Positions 1-8,649 of a DNA stretch of 64,000 nucleotides are shown piece after piece (the first letter of the stretch is position 1; every line of letters starts with the position of its first letter). Origin of the DNA: an uncultured bacterium (lineage in GTDB: Bacteria; Patescibacteriota; Minisyncoccia; Phycocordibacterales; UBA5272); assembly GCA_903875555.1 (NCBI GenBank), contig CAIQWN010000045.1:1535-65534 (forward strand), given 5' to 3'. The position numbers and the translations under genes are program-made. The notes under the pieces were generated by a model that worked only from the letters and a program-made list of their open reading frames with translations, was not told the origin of the DNA and made no database searches.

Positions 1-996
1 TCTTTCTTTACTTTCTTCGTCAAAATATGAAAGATCACACCCTGAAAACTTCGAATGCTGAGAAAGATCCCAATTACCTCTTGCATGAACCCCTTCGAGC
101 TCCTTAAAACCACCTAACATCGCATAATTATATTCAATATCATAAGCATCGGTTGCATAATGTGCTAACTTTTCATGTTTAAACCAATTTAATCTACTTT
201 CTGGTATTCCATAATTTAAATAGAAAGCCCAACGATATTGATGCCATTCTTCATAAATATTTTTTGTTGCATTTCCACCATCAGTTTTTGGATTAAAAAA
301 ATATTGCATTTCCATTTGTTCAAATTCACGAGTTCTAAAAACAAATTGCTTTGCAACAATTTCATTTCTAAAAGCTTTACCAACTTGTGCAATACCAAAA
401 GGAAGCTTTGGATGAAGAGAATCAACTGTGTTTTTATATTGTAAATAAATACCACCACAAGTTTCTGGGCGAAGATACACAACGTTTTCTTCCGACAAAG
501 TATCAACTGGAGAACCAAGATTCGATTTCACCATCAATGAAAATCTTTTTGCTGGTGTTAAATCTGCACTTTTACAATTAGGACAAACCAGTTTCTTATC
601 GGCACGCAATTTATCAAGTTCTGTGTTTATCCATTCAATAGATTGCTTGTCCGCATTTATTCCAAACTCTTCAAGAACATGATCGGCGCGAAAGCGAGCC
701 TTACATTTACGACAATCAATTTGTGGATCATCAAAACCATCAACATGACCAGAGGCCTTCCAAGTTGTTGGATGCATAAAAATAGCACTATCAAGCAAAA
801 CCACATCCTCCCTCTCTTGTGCCATAGATTTTGTCCAAGCGGATTTAATATTATTTAAAAGTAATGTTCCATAATGACCGTAATCATAAATACCAGAAAG
901 GCCTCCATAAATTTCTGATGACTGATAAACAAAACCTCTACGTTTTAGTAAAGACACAATTGTTTCAAACCTTTCTTTCGGATCAATGTTATTCAT
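1..996 (-). CDS. glyQS: Glycyl-tRNA synthetase, alpha2 type; 3' end runs off the window
   Basis: Manual translation from ATG at 996 gives RRGFVYQSSEIYGG, ASGHVDGFDDP, YLRPET, GIAQVGKAFRNE, FRTREFEQMEMQYF. Not in the ORF track because it has no stop in the window. Confidence 0.95.
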   Translation of the reverse strand, partial: MNNIDPKERFETIVSLLKRRGFVYQSSEIYGGLSGIYDYGHYGTLLLNNIKSAWTKSMAQEREDVVLLDSAIFMHPTTWKASGHVDGFDDPQIDCRKCKARFRADHVLEEFGINADKQSIEWINTELDKLRADKKLVCPNCKSADLTPAKRFSLMVKSNLGSPVDTLSEENVVYLRPETCGGIYLQYKNTVDSLHPKLPFGIAQVGKAFRNEIVAKQFVFRTREFEQMEMQYFFNPKTDGGNATKNIYEEWHQYRWAFYLNYGIPESRLNWFKHEKLAHYATDAYDIEYNYAMLGGFKELEGVHARGNWDLSQHSKFSGCDLSYFDEESKER

Positions 997-1027
997 AAAC
1001 TTATTCTAACACAAAACTATTTATATA

Positions 1028-1363
1028 TTAATTACCAAACCATCCATCAAACATAGAATTAAGTAACTTAATAATTCCAGAAATAGAAAAAATAATAAAC
1101 AAACCTAATCCTCCCCAAAGCATGTGTGATTTCCCTTCATTTAAATCAGAATCTTTGTTTCCTTCTCTCAAACTATAAATAAAAGTAAGCATCCCCCACA
1201 AAAAATAAGTTGTTGTTATAACAATAAGTAATGTGAATATTGGATTTACTAATTGATCCATCACTCTTTCCCAAACAGTGTTGGTTGCACCAGCAATACC
1301 TTGTGCAGCCACAGAAAATATTCTTGATAAAATTAAAACGTAAAGTAAAGCAACTTTTTTCAT
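1028..1363 (-). CDS. TrbC/VirB2-like pilin (CPR-type)
   Basis: 111 aa; signal-like N-terminus, two hydrophobic helices around a charged loop, C-terminal GKSHMLWGGLGLFIIFS pattern. Confidence 0.65.
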   Translation of the reverse strand: MKKVALLYVLILSRIFSVAAQGIAGATNTVWERVMDQLVNPIFTLLIVITTTYFLWGMLTFIYSLREGNKDSDLNEGKSHMLWGGLGLFIIFSISGIIKLLNSMFDGWFGN

Positions 1364-1400
1364 AAATATATTATATCAAATAAAACAAAAATTGTTGTTA

Positions 1401-1442
1401 ATAAAATAAAAATCTCGCAACTATGCGAGATTTTTATTTTAT
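1401..1442. terminator. Intrinsic terminator after rpsL
   Basis: 19-bp perfect stem ATAAAATAAAAATCTCGCA / TGCGAGATTTTTATTTTAT with a 4-nt loop. Confidence 0.8.
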
Positions 1443-1876
1443 TTCTTCTTTGCTGCTACTGCTCCTGCCTTTGGACGCTTAGCTCCATAAAGTGATCTAC
1501 CTTGTCTACGAGCATCTACACCTGTTGCGTCTAGTCTTCCGCGAACAATGTGATAACGTACACCAGCCAAGTCCTTCACACGTCCTCCACGTAGCATAAC
1601 TACCGAGTGTTCTTGTAACTTGTGCTTTTCTCCTGGAATATAAGCTGTTACTTCAAGACCATTTGTTAAACGTACACGAGCAATTTTACGAAGAGCTGAG
1701 TTCGGCTTCTTTGGGGTTGTTGTTGTAACTTTTGTACAAACACCTCTCTTGAATGGTGAGTTATAAAAATTTGGACGATTTTGCACAGCATTAAAACCAC
1801 GACCCATAGCAATAGAGCGAGATTTTCTTCTGACTTGTGTGCGTCCTTTTTTAACTAATTGACTTACTGTTGGCAT
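1439..1876 (-). CDS. rpsL: 30S ribosomal protein S12
   Basis: [34 protein letters not shown]. Confidence 0.99.
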   Translation of the reverse strand: MPTVSQLVKKGRTQVRRKSRSIAMGRGFNAVQNRPNFYNSPFKRGVCTKVTTTTPKKPNSALRKIARVRLTNGLEVTAYIPGEKHKLQEHSVVMLRGGRVKDLAGVRYHIVRGRLDATGVDARRQGRSLYGAKRPKAGAVAAKKK

Positions 1877-1930
1877 AATTTAATATTTGCAAACTATATC
1901 AAATAATATACATTAATGCAAGAAAACTAT

Positions 1931-2329
1931 TTAATCCTTTACTCCCATTACTTTATCCTTCATAAAATCATAAATAACAATTTTAGTTTTGTATATGATA
2001 ATATAATCCCCAATCTTTATATCCTTATAAAATTCGTTCTGATTTTTAAGTGTTATTGCATCTTGAACACGCTTCACACTTACAAGCCCATCTTGTGGTA
2101 AAATGACCTGTTTACTGACTTTATTCAAAATCTCCGACTCAGAAACGATAACGCTTTCACTAACAGTTTTATGTAAATAAAAATATAAAGACATTAAAAT
2201 TAAAACTAAAACAATACAAAAAATAAAATATTTGACTAGTTTGGGAAAAATTTTAGATAGTAAAAGATTTTTTAATACTTTCTTACCAAAATTCTTTACT
2301 TTAACTTTATAACGATAAAAAATCTTCAT
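1931..2329 (-). CDS. Hypothetical single-pass membrane protein
   Basis: 132-aa ORF with one hydrophobic segment; -10 box just upstream of the ATG. Confidence 0.7.
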   Translation of the reverse strand: MKIFYRYKVKVKNFGKKVLKNLLLSKIFPKLVKYFIFCIVLVLILMSLYFYLHKTVSESVIVSESEILNKVSKQVILPQDGLVSVKRVQDAITLKNQNEFYKDIKIGDYIIIYKTKIVIYDFMKDKVMGVKD

Positions 2330-2381
2330 TCTCTTTATTATAAGCCATAAAATTAAACATGACTGTTTATAACTGAAGAAT

Positions 2382-3005
2382 TTATGACAGTATCTTCATT
2401 ACAACAGAAAACAAAAAAGGTGCCACATAAGAAAAAATAGTCGAAGCAACAATAATCGCAATAATTAAATACACTGGATTATAAACAACATTCGAAAAAC
2501 TATTTCTCAATCTTGGAAATAATGATTGTAATATAGACATTCCATCAAACGGTGGAATCGGCATCAAGTTAAACAAAGCGAGAGAAATATTTACACCTAT
2601 AATTGTAAACAAGGCACTACTTAATTTCATATCCAACATTCCATTTACAGAAAATACTTTAAAAAATATCATCGCTAATATAGCAAGTAAAATATTAGCG
2701 ATAACACCAGCAGCCGAAACAAATGTTTCTCCATACTTTCCTTCTACATTTCTTATGTTCACTGGTACGGGTTTTGCCCAACCAAGAAACATTCCAGACA
2801 TTGTAAATGAAAGTATCGGCACAAGAATTGAGCCAACAATATCAATGTGTGGAATCGGATTTAAAGTAAGTCGTCCCATTCTATAAGCAGTTTCGTCCCC
2901 TAAGATATAAGCAACGTATCCGTGCGCCACCTCGTGAATAATTATAGAAAATAAAATAACTAATATCGGAAAAATTGACTGAAAAATATTTAATGTGTCT
3001 AACAT
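2382..3005 (-). CDS. Site-2 protease family (M50) zinc metalloprotease
   Basis: HEVAH zinc motif, GRLTLNP, NLMPIPPFDG; start set at ATG 3005 (MLDTLN). Confidence 0.93.
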   Translation of the reverse strand: MLDTLNIFQSIFPILVILFSIIIHEVAHGYVAYILGDETAYRMGRLTLNPIPHIDIVGSILVPILSFTMSGMFLGWAKPVPVNIRNVEGKYGETFVSAAGVIANILLAILAMIFFKVFSVNGMLDMKLSSALFTIIGVNISLALFNLMPIPPFDGMSILQSLFPRLRNSFSNVVYNPVYLIIAIIVASTIFSYVAPFLFSVVMKILS

Positions 3006-3032
3006 TCTTAAATAATACCACGAAATGAATTT

Positions 3033-3063
3033 TGTCATTCCTGCGAAAGCAGGAATCTAGTGT
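3033..3063 (+). repeat. REP-like palindrome, family A, solo copy
   Basis: TGTCATTCCTGCGAAAGCAGGAATCTAGTGT; near-identical copies at 5625, 23575, 49600 and 49982. Confidence 0.9.
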
Positions 3064-3162
3064 GTTTGGTTTTCCTTACTTCGTTCTGCTTACTACACAC
3101 CACTTTTTCTATTGCATCTAAAATAAAATTGTGATAATATACCTAAACTAATCAATAAATCT

Positions 3163-3366
3163 ATGGCAAGCACATGTCCACTATGTCTAAAAGGTTCAAA
3201 AGTTGTTGGAAAATATAGCAACTCTGTTCGTGCTACAAAGTTTAATCCTTGTGGTGATCGTCGCGTATACCCAAACCTACAATGGGCTCGTATTCCAAAT
3301 GGACCTCGTGTAAAGATCTGTACTTCTTGTATGAAGCGCGGTCTACACCTACAGATTAAACTATAA
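3163..3366 (+). CDS. rpmB: 50S ribosomal protein L28 (zinc-binding type)
   Basis: CPLC near the N-terminus, RRVYPNLQW, VKICTSCMK. Confidence 0.88.
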   Translation: MASTCPLCLKGSKVVGKYSNSVRATKFNPCGDRRVYPNLQWARIPNGPRVKICTSCMKRGLHLQIKL

Positions 3367-3378
3367 GTTTAATCAACC

Positions 3379-3420
3379 AAAATTTAAAAGCGACACCCAA
3401 CGGTGTCGCTTTTAAATTTT
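3379..3420. terminator. Intrinsic terminator after rpmB
   Basis: 19-bp perfect stem AAAATTTAAAAGCGACACC / GGTGTCGCTTTTAAATTTT. Confidence 0.8.
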
Positions 3421-3479
3421 TTATATAAATGTTAGGATTCCAATATTCGCTCACTTACAAGAAAGGTTGGAAAGGAAAT

Positions 3480-3932
3480 ATGAAAAAAATTATTTCTGGT
3501 ATGTTTTTGCAAGAGGTGCTGCTTCCAGCTATTGGATACGACACAGGAATTGGTGAAGTTGTTGTTATTCAACCAAAACAATTACAGCAAATGTTCACTG
3601 GGGTAATTTTCCCAAGGGAAGAGATTCATTTGTACGACGGTGTCAATGGTTATATTTTTGATGCGTATGGCGTTGCTTTTGTTTACAGTTTTGAAGAAAA
3701 CGAGACTTCACTTTCGTTCACAAAACAATATATGAACAGACAAGATTCAATCGACTACCACTTCAACAAGAAAGAAGGTAACGAGTGGATTGGCACATTT
3801 AACGGTAAAGCAACGGGAGCAGGATACTCCAGCTGTGTAATAAATGTCGTGTCGGATAAATTTCTTGATAGTAGCAGATTTGCTGACATACCACTTCCAC
3901 CAACCTCCGTAAATTATGTAAACATCACTTGA
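3480..3932 (+). CDS. Hypothetical protein
   Basis: ORF with SD-like AAAGGA before ATG 3480 and a downstream hairpin at 3945-3978; no recognised motif. Confidence 0.6.
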   Translation: MKKIISGMFLQEVLLPAIGYDTGIGEVVVIQPKQLQQMFTGVIFPREEIHLYDGVNGYIFDAYGVAFVYSFEENETSLSFTKQYMNRQDSIDYHFNKKEGNEWIGTFNGKATGAGYSSCVINVVSDKFLDSSRFADIPLPPTSVNYVNIT

Positions 3933-4011
3933 ATTGTATGAGTAAAACCTCGCAACGAAACCACTTGTTGTGAGGTTTCGTTGTTTTTAACTAATTACCA
4001 ATGATCAATTA

Positions 4012-4995
4012 CTAATGACTCCCTCTCACTTCAAAACTTTTTCCATTCAAAATAAATTCAACATCTCCCAAATCAATCGTACTAAAAATTACTTTCCCAT
4101 ATTTCTTCAATCTTTCTATCGTTTCAATATTCGGATGTCCATATTTATTATCTTTTCCTGCACTTATCACCGCATAATAAGGTTTGATATAAGAAAGTAA
4201 TTGTTCACCACTAGAATTTTTACTTCCGTGATGTCCCGCTTTATAAATAGTCACATTCTCAGACAACAAATTACTCTCAATTAATTTATTTTCTCTTACA
4301 CTTGGCAAATCACCAGTAAATAAAAAAGTTTTATCTTGATAAGTGAGTAATATGCAGACCGACGCTTCATTTGTATCAGTCTTTGAAGAAAGATTTTGCA
4401 CAGGATACAAAACTTTTGCAATCACTCCATCATTAAAATCAATCTCATCACCAGTCTTTGCAATATAAACACGTGCCCCGTCGAAGCCTTTAGGCGAAGT
4501 GGGGTTCGCACCACCATTCTTTTCATTCCGTGTCCCGTCGGAGCTTTTAGCGGAGTGGGATTCAATTTCATTATCAAGCAAATTAAAAACCTCAGTCTTT
4601 CCTTTCACTGGCGACTCGATCACATTTTTCACATTATATTTTTCGAAAACCGGAATAAGTCCCGTTATATGATCCGCATCCGCATGAGTTGCCACCACTA
4701 CATCAATATCATTATCAAAAAATCCCATTTTACTATTTAACTTTTGCATCACTTTATTATTCGGACCACCATCGATTAACATTTGCTTGTGACTTGGTGT
4801 CTCGACAAAAATAGAATCCCCCTGTCCAACATCAAAAAATGTAACTGTCAGTTCTCCCTCGTTTGTTTTTATAAAAATAAAATACAAACAAACAAAAAGC
4901 ACAACAACTCCAACCGAAGCAAAAAATATTTTTCCATACTCCTCCAAAAATATCTTAACATTCTCAAACTTTTCTTTAAGCCAGTCATTAAGCAT
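4012..4995 (-). CDS. ComEC/Rec2 metallo-beta-lactamase domain protein
   Basis: FFDVGQGDS, LIDGG, THADADHITG, LFTGD, KAGHHGS, NKYGHP. Confidence 0.93.
   Translation of the reverse strand: MLNDWLKEKFENVKIFLEEYGKIFFASVGVVVLFVCLYFIFIKTNEGELTVTFFDVGQGDSIFVETPSHKQMLIDGGPNNKVMQKLNSKMGFFDNDIDVVVATHADADHITGLIPVFEKYNVKNVIESPVKGKTEVFNLLDNEIESHSAKSSDGTRNEKNGGANPTSPKGFDGARVYIAKTGDEIDFNDGVIAKVLYPVQNLSSKTDTNEASVCILLTYQDKTFLFTGDLPSVRENKLIESNLLSENVTIYKAGHHGSKNSSGEQLLSYIKPYYAVISAGKDNKYGHPNIETIERLKKYGKVIFSTIDLGDVEFILNGKSFEVRGSH
4476..4560. repeat. Two in-frame coding palindromes, family B
   Basis: CCCCGTCGAAGCCTTTAGGCGAAGTGGGG (4476-4504) and TCCCGTCGGAGCTTTTAGCGGAGTGGGA (4533-4560); GC-rich islands in an AT-rich gene. 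Confidence 0.8.
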
Positions 4996-5049
4996 ACTTT
5001 TAGTATAACTCTCCTTGCTTCTTTATCATTAATCCGTTATCCTTTATTC

Positions 5050-5616
5050 ATGTTTGAACTTGACCTTCACTCCCTCATCTCCACATTCTCATATCTCGCC
5101 ATATTTCTTTTGCTTATCGTAAACGGTGCAGTTAACTTCCCTTCTTCACAAATTATTTATTTAATTGCCGGATATTTTATTGCAACAGGAAAACTTTCTT
5201 TTATTCCAACAATCATATCTGGCTCCATTGGTAACATAATCGGTAATCTAATAACTTATTTTCTAGTTTATAAATACGGAAAAGTTATTGTCACAAAATA
5301 TTTATATATCAAAGAAGATATTTTAAACAAAATGCATAAAGAATTCGAAGGTCGTGGGCTTATATTTTTATACATTGGCAAATTAACACCTTCACTTAAA
5401 GTTTTCATCCCAAGTGTCGCAGGACTTTCAAAAATAAAATATTCTCACGCTCTTTTTTTGTTTTCTATAACCTCAATCATCTGGTCATCAGCTATCGTTT
5501 ACATTGGTTACCTCTTCGGTGAACACATCACTTTCAAAAACTACTCAATCACCATGGGAATAGTCGGCATCGTCATCGCATTCATCGCTTATAAAAAATT
5601 CCAGAGTATAAAATAG
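5050..5616 (+). CDS. DedA family membrane protein
   Basis: FPSSQIIYLIAG, GNIIGNLITY, FIPSVAG; start reset to ATG 5050. Confidence 0.88.
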   Translation: MFELDLHSLISTFSYLAIFLLLIVNGAVNFPSSQIIYLIAGYFIATGKLSFIPTIISGSIGNIIGNLITYFLVYKYGKVIVTKYLYIKEDILNKMHKEFEGRGLIFLYIGKLTPSLKVFIPSVAGLSKIKYSHALFLFSITSIIWSSAIVYIGYLFGEHITFKNYSITMGIVGIVIAFIAYKKFQSIK

Positions 5617-5624
5617 TCCTGTTT

Positions 5625-5655
5625 TGTCATTCCTGTGGAAACAGGAATCTAGTGT
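5625..5655 (+). repeat. REP-like palindrome, family A, solo copy
   Basis: TGTCATTCCTGTGGAAACAGGAATCTAGTGT between convergent genes; compensatory stem change relative to the 3033 copy. Confidence 0.88.
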
Positions 5656-5660
5656 CTAAA

Positions 5661-6107
5661 TTATCTATTATTTTTATAAATCACGTGAATCAGTTCGTTA
5701 TCATCACCCCTAATAATTTCTTTCATTATTTCCGGTCTTAAATCAACATCATCAATTTCCATATCATTAAATTCCTTAAAGTTTGAGCCTAAATTTAATT
5801 CATGTAGTTCCTCTGCTAAATAAACAAAGCAAATTTCATGAAAATATTTATCTGATCCTACACTAAAAAAGTTTTCAATTACAGCTCTCATTTTTACTTT
5901 CTCAAGATTAATCCCAACCTCTTCAAAAACTTCTCTTTTTGCTGCTTGTTCGGAAGACTCGTTTATTTTAACCCTTCCTCCAATAACAAAATAAAATCCT
6001 TCTGGGTTTTTCTCAAAAACATAACCATTTTTTGTTTTAATTAAAACAGCAACGCGTATGTTTAACTTTGTATCACCTAATTCAATTGTCAGATCTGTAT
6101 CTTTCAT
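5661..6107 (-). CDS. NUDIX hydrolase
   Basis: Nudix box GGRVKINESSEQAAKREVFEEVG. Confidence 0.92.
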   Translation of the reverse strand: MKDTDLTIELGDTKLNIRVAVLIKTKNGYVFEKNPEGFYFVIGGRVKINESSEQAAKREVFEEVGINLEKVKMRAVIENFFSVGSDKYFHEICFVYLAEELHELNLGSNFKEFNDMEIDDVDLRPEIMKEIIRGDDNELIHVIYKNNR

Positions 6108-6127
6108 AATACGAATAATATCACAAA

Positions 6128-7636
6128 CTAATACTTAATCACCACAAACTCTTCACCGTCCTCATCTACATATTTCTCTTCTTCCAATTTATTTTTCAAA
6201 ATAAAGTATAAAACCACAACCAAAACATAAATCAAAAACATAAACGATGAGGACAAATTACTTTGTATGTACGAAAACGGAAGTGAAGCAAAAAATGTCG
6301 CAATTAAAATAATAAATTTAAGAAGTAACGTTGTCACAAATCCAAAAATAACAGTAAGAAAAACACTTACAAATGAAAACAAAATCACCAAAGTAGAAAA
6401 TAACATTGCGACAGGAACAATCGGCACAATAATTAAATTCGTAATCAAAGAATAAATAGAAATAAATCCAAATGTGTAAATAATATATGGAAGAGTCGCA
6501 ATTGTTGCAGAAAGTGTCGTACTCAAAACCTCTTTCATAAATCTTAAATGTTTAAATCTCTCTAAAGATTTTGTAATTAATGGTGACAAATAAACAATTC
6601 CTGCTGTCGCCAAAAAAGAAAGATGAAATGAAACATTATCCAAAATAAAACTCGTATCGTAAATCACCATCACAAAAAGTGAAAGTATCAATGCTTGCTT
6701 CGAAACATATTCTCTTCCAGAATAAAGTGCAAGAAGTGAAATAAGGGCCATAACAAAAGCTCGCACAGCACTCGCTTCTGCTCCAACCATAATCACAAAC
6801 ATAAAAGTAAACAATCCGGTAAATAAAATTCTTAAAGTAAAAGGTAGTAAAGAGAACAACAAAAGCAGAAAAGAAACAACAATCGCAATATTAAAACCAG
6901 AAAGAACAACAATGTGCGATATTCCAGCAACACGAAACAAATCTTTCATCTCTTTCGAAAAATCATTACTTCCAAAAAGCATTCCGTTGGCAAGTGGCGA
7001 CACATCAGCACTTATATATTTATTTACACGAGAAATAAAATTATCTTTAACTGTGATTAATTTATAAATAAACTTGTTTGATATTTCTCCTTCCTTGTCT
7101 ATTTTTGGAAAAAACATTTCACCTTTTATTCCACGAGTTTTTAAATAATTATTATAATCAAAAGATTTTTTATTTACTTCTGTTGGAAGCAAAATATCAC
7201 TTTCTTTTATTTCTCCATCGATTGTAATTCTCTCGCCTGCTTTAAATTCTGGATATAAAGAAGTTTTTACTAATACATTAGCATAATTATTATTTTCTTT
7301 ATATAAAGTTATTTCAACTTCTTGATAATTATCTTTTTTAACTGGTGTATCAACTACTTCTCCATAAACAATACATTTGCTTTCGCAACTAAATATTTCT
7401 TTTTCAACCGCAAACTGATGACGAGCAACTCCAAGAAACAAACCAGAGCAAACCAACATTGTAATTAGTGGAACAATATAACTTTTCTCTTTTTTCTTAA
7501 AAACAAAAAATAAAATAGCCTGTACAAGCAAAACAACAAAAGAAAAAATTGCAATCTCCGTCGAGAATTGCAATTTTTCGGAAATAAAAATACCAACAAC
7601 GAAACTTAAAACAAAAATAACTGTTTTAACATGCAT
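6128..7636 (-). CDS. comEC: ComEC/Rec2 competence membrane protein (OB-fold plus Competence domain)
   Basis: FDYNNYL, GISHIVVLSGFNI, SAVRA, SFHLSFLAT; multiple TM segments. Confidence 0.93.
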   Translation of the reverse strand: MHVKTVIFVLSFVVGIFISEKLQFSTEIAIFSFVVLLVQAILFFVFKKKEKSYIVPLITMLVCSGLFLGVARHQFAVEKEIFSCESKCIVYGEVVDTPVKKDNYQEVEITLYKENNNYANVLVKTSLYPEFKAGERITIDGEIKESDILLPTEVNKKSFDYNNYLKTRGIKGEMFFPKIDKEGEISNKFIYKLITVKDNFISRVNKYISADVSPLANGMLFGSNDFSKEMKDLFRVAGISHIVVLSGFNIAIVVSFLLLLFSLLPFTLRILFTGLFTFMFVIMVGAEASAVRAFVMALISLLALYSGREYVSKQALILSLFVMVIYDTSFILDNVSFHLSFLATAGIVYLSPLITKSLERFKHLRFMKEVLSTTLSATIATLPYIIYTFGFISIYSLITNLIIVPIVPVAMLFSTLVILFSFVSVFLTVIFGFVTTLLLKFIILIATFFASLPFSYIQSNLSSSFMFLIYVLVVVLYFILKNKLEEEKYVDEDGEEFVVIKY

Positions 7637-7704
7637 AAATAAATTATAACATCAAAAAAAGCGACTGCTTTGCGGTCGCTTTTTTATATATGACTCTCTT
7701 TTGT

Positions 7705-8079
7705 CTATCTAATATAAAACAAACAAAGTCCAATTACAACCATTACAACACCATAAATATTAACAACCCCTATTATCTTCTTACTTACAAAATTACGTAG
7801 TATTTCTGGTATAAAAATATATCCCAAACCTTTAAGTAAAGTTAACCACGCAAAAATAGTTACGACTGTTCTCCATGAACCCTCCCAAATATTTCCTTGC
7901 TTGATAATCAAAAGTGATGACAAAAAAACTAATATAACCCCAGTAAGATAAACAATCGCCGGATGATCAAAAAAATCTTTTAATAAATTTGGAACTGTTT
8001 TTCCTCTTGAGATAAGAAACCACCCACTAATAACTAAATATATACCTAACAATTTCGCAGCGATAAGTGAAATTTCCAT
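7705..8079 (-). CDS. Hypothetical 4-TM membrane protein
   Basis: 124-aa hydrophobic ORF followed by a hairpin at 7655-7685. Confidence 0.75.
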   Translation of the reverse strand: MEISLIAAKLLGIYLVISGWFLISRGKTVPNLLKDFFDHPAIVYLTGVILVFLSSLLIIKQGNIWEGSWRTVVTIFAWLTLLKGLGYIFIPEILRNFVSKKIIGVVNIYGVVMVVIGLCLFYIR

Positions 8080-8127
8080 AAAAATTTTATTAATTACTAA
8101 TAACTTTATTATATCATTGCTTTTTTA

Positions 8128-8634
8128 TTAAAAAACAATGTTATACCCAGATCTATCTCCACGATACAGTTCTACATTATGTCCATCTGCCAACATCGTA
8201 GCAATTTCGTCAGCTCTTTCATTTAATGCAATACCACAATGTGCTTTAACATACTTCCAAATAATTTTTATTCCAGAGTTTTTTAATCTATCCTCCTCTT
8301 TTTTTAAAGCTTTCCATAAATCTTGATTCATAACTGGTTTTTTTGTTGAACCTTTCCAATCTTTTGCAATCCAACCATCTATCCACTCAGTCATTCCCTT
8401 TTTTACATACTGACTATCAGTACAAACTGTGACTTCTTTTGTTTCTTTTATTATATTACCTTCAATTTCTTTAAGTCCTTCTATACTAGCCAACAATTCC
8501 ATTTTGTTATTTGTTGTCATCTTATCACTACCACCAAGTTCAATCACTTCGTCTTTTGTGATAATAATACTTCCCCATCCCCCCTTTCCAGGATTTCCCC
8601 TACTTGATCCATCTGTCCAAATTTCTATTTTCAT
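8128..8634 (-). CDS. rnhA: Ribonuclease HI
   Basis: WTDGSSRGNPGKGGWG, TTNNKMEL, TDSQYV, NERAD. Confidence 0.97.
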   Translation of the reverse strand: MKIEIWTDGSSRGNPGKGGWGSIIITKDEVIELGGSDKMTTNNKMELLASIEGLKEIEGNIIKETKEVTVCTDSQYVKKGMTEWIDGWIAKDWKGSTKKPVMNQDLWKALKKEEDRLKNSGIKIIWKYVKAHCGIALNERADEIATMLADGHNVELYRGDRSGYNIVF

Positions 8635-8649
8635 AATTCAATTATAACA

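Noticed and set aside
216-858. Short ORFs over glyQS, and long antisense ORFs such as 17623-18243, 25586-26239, 36554-37852 and 45721-46386
   Set aside because: Alternative-frame or antisense shadows of better-supported genes.
4012-7636. Split comEC as a pseudogene
   Set aside because: Both parts are intact ORFs with their own start signals, and separately encoded Competence and MBL domains are a known arrangement.
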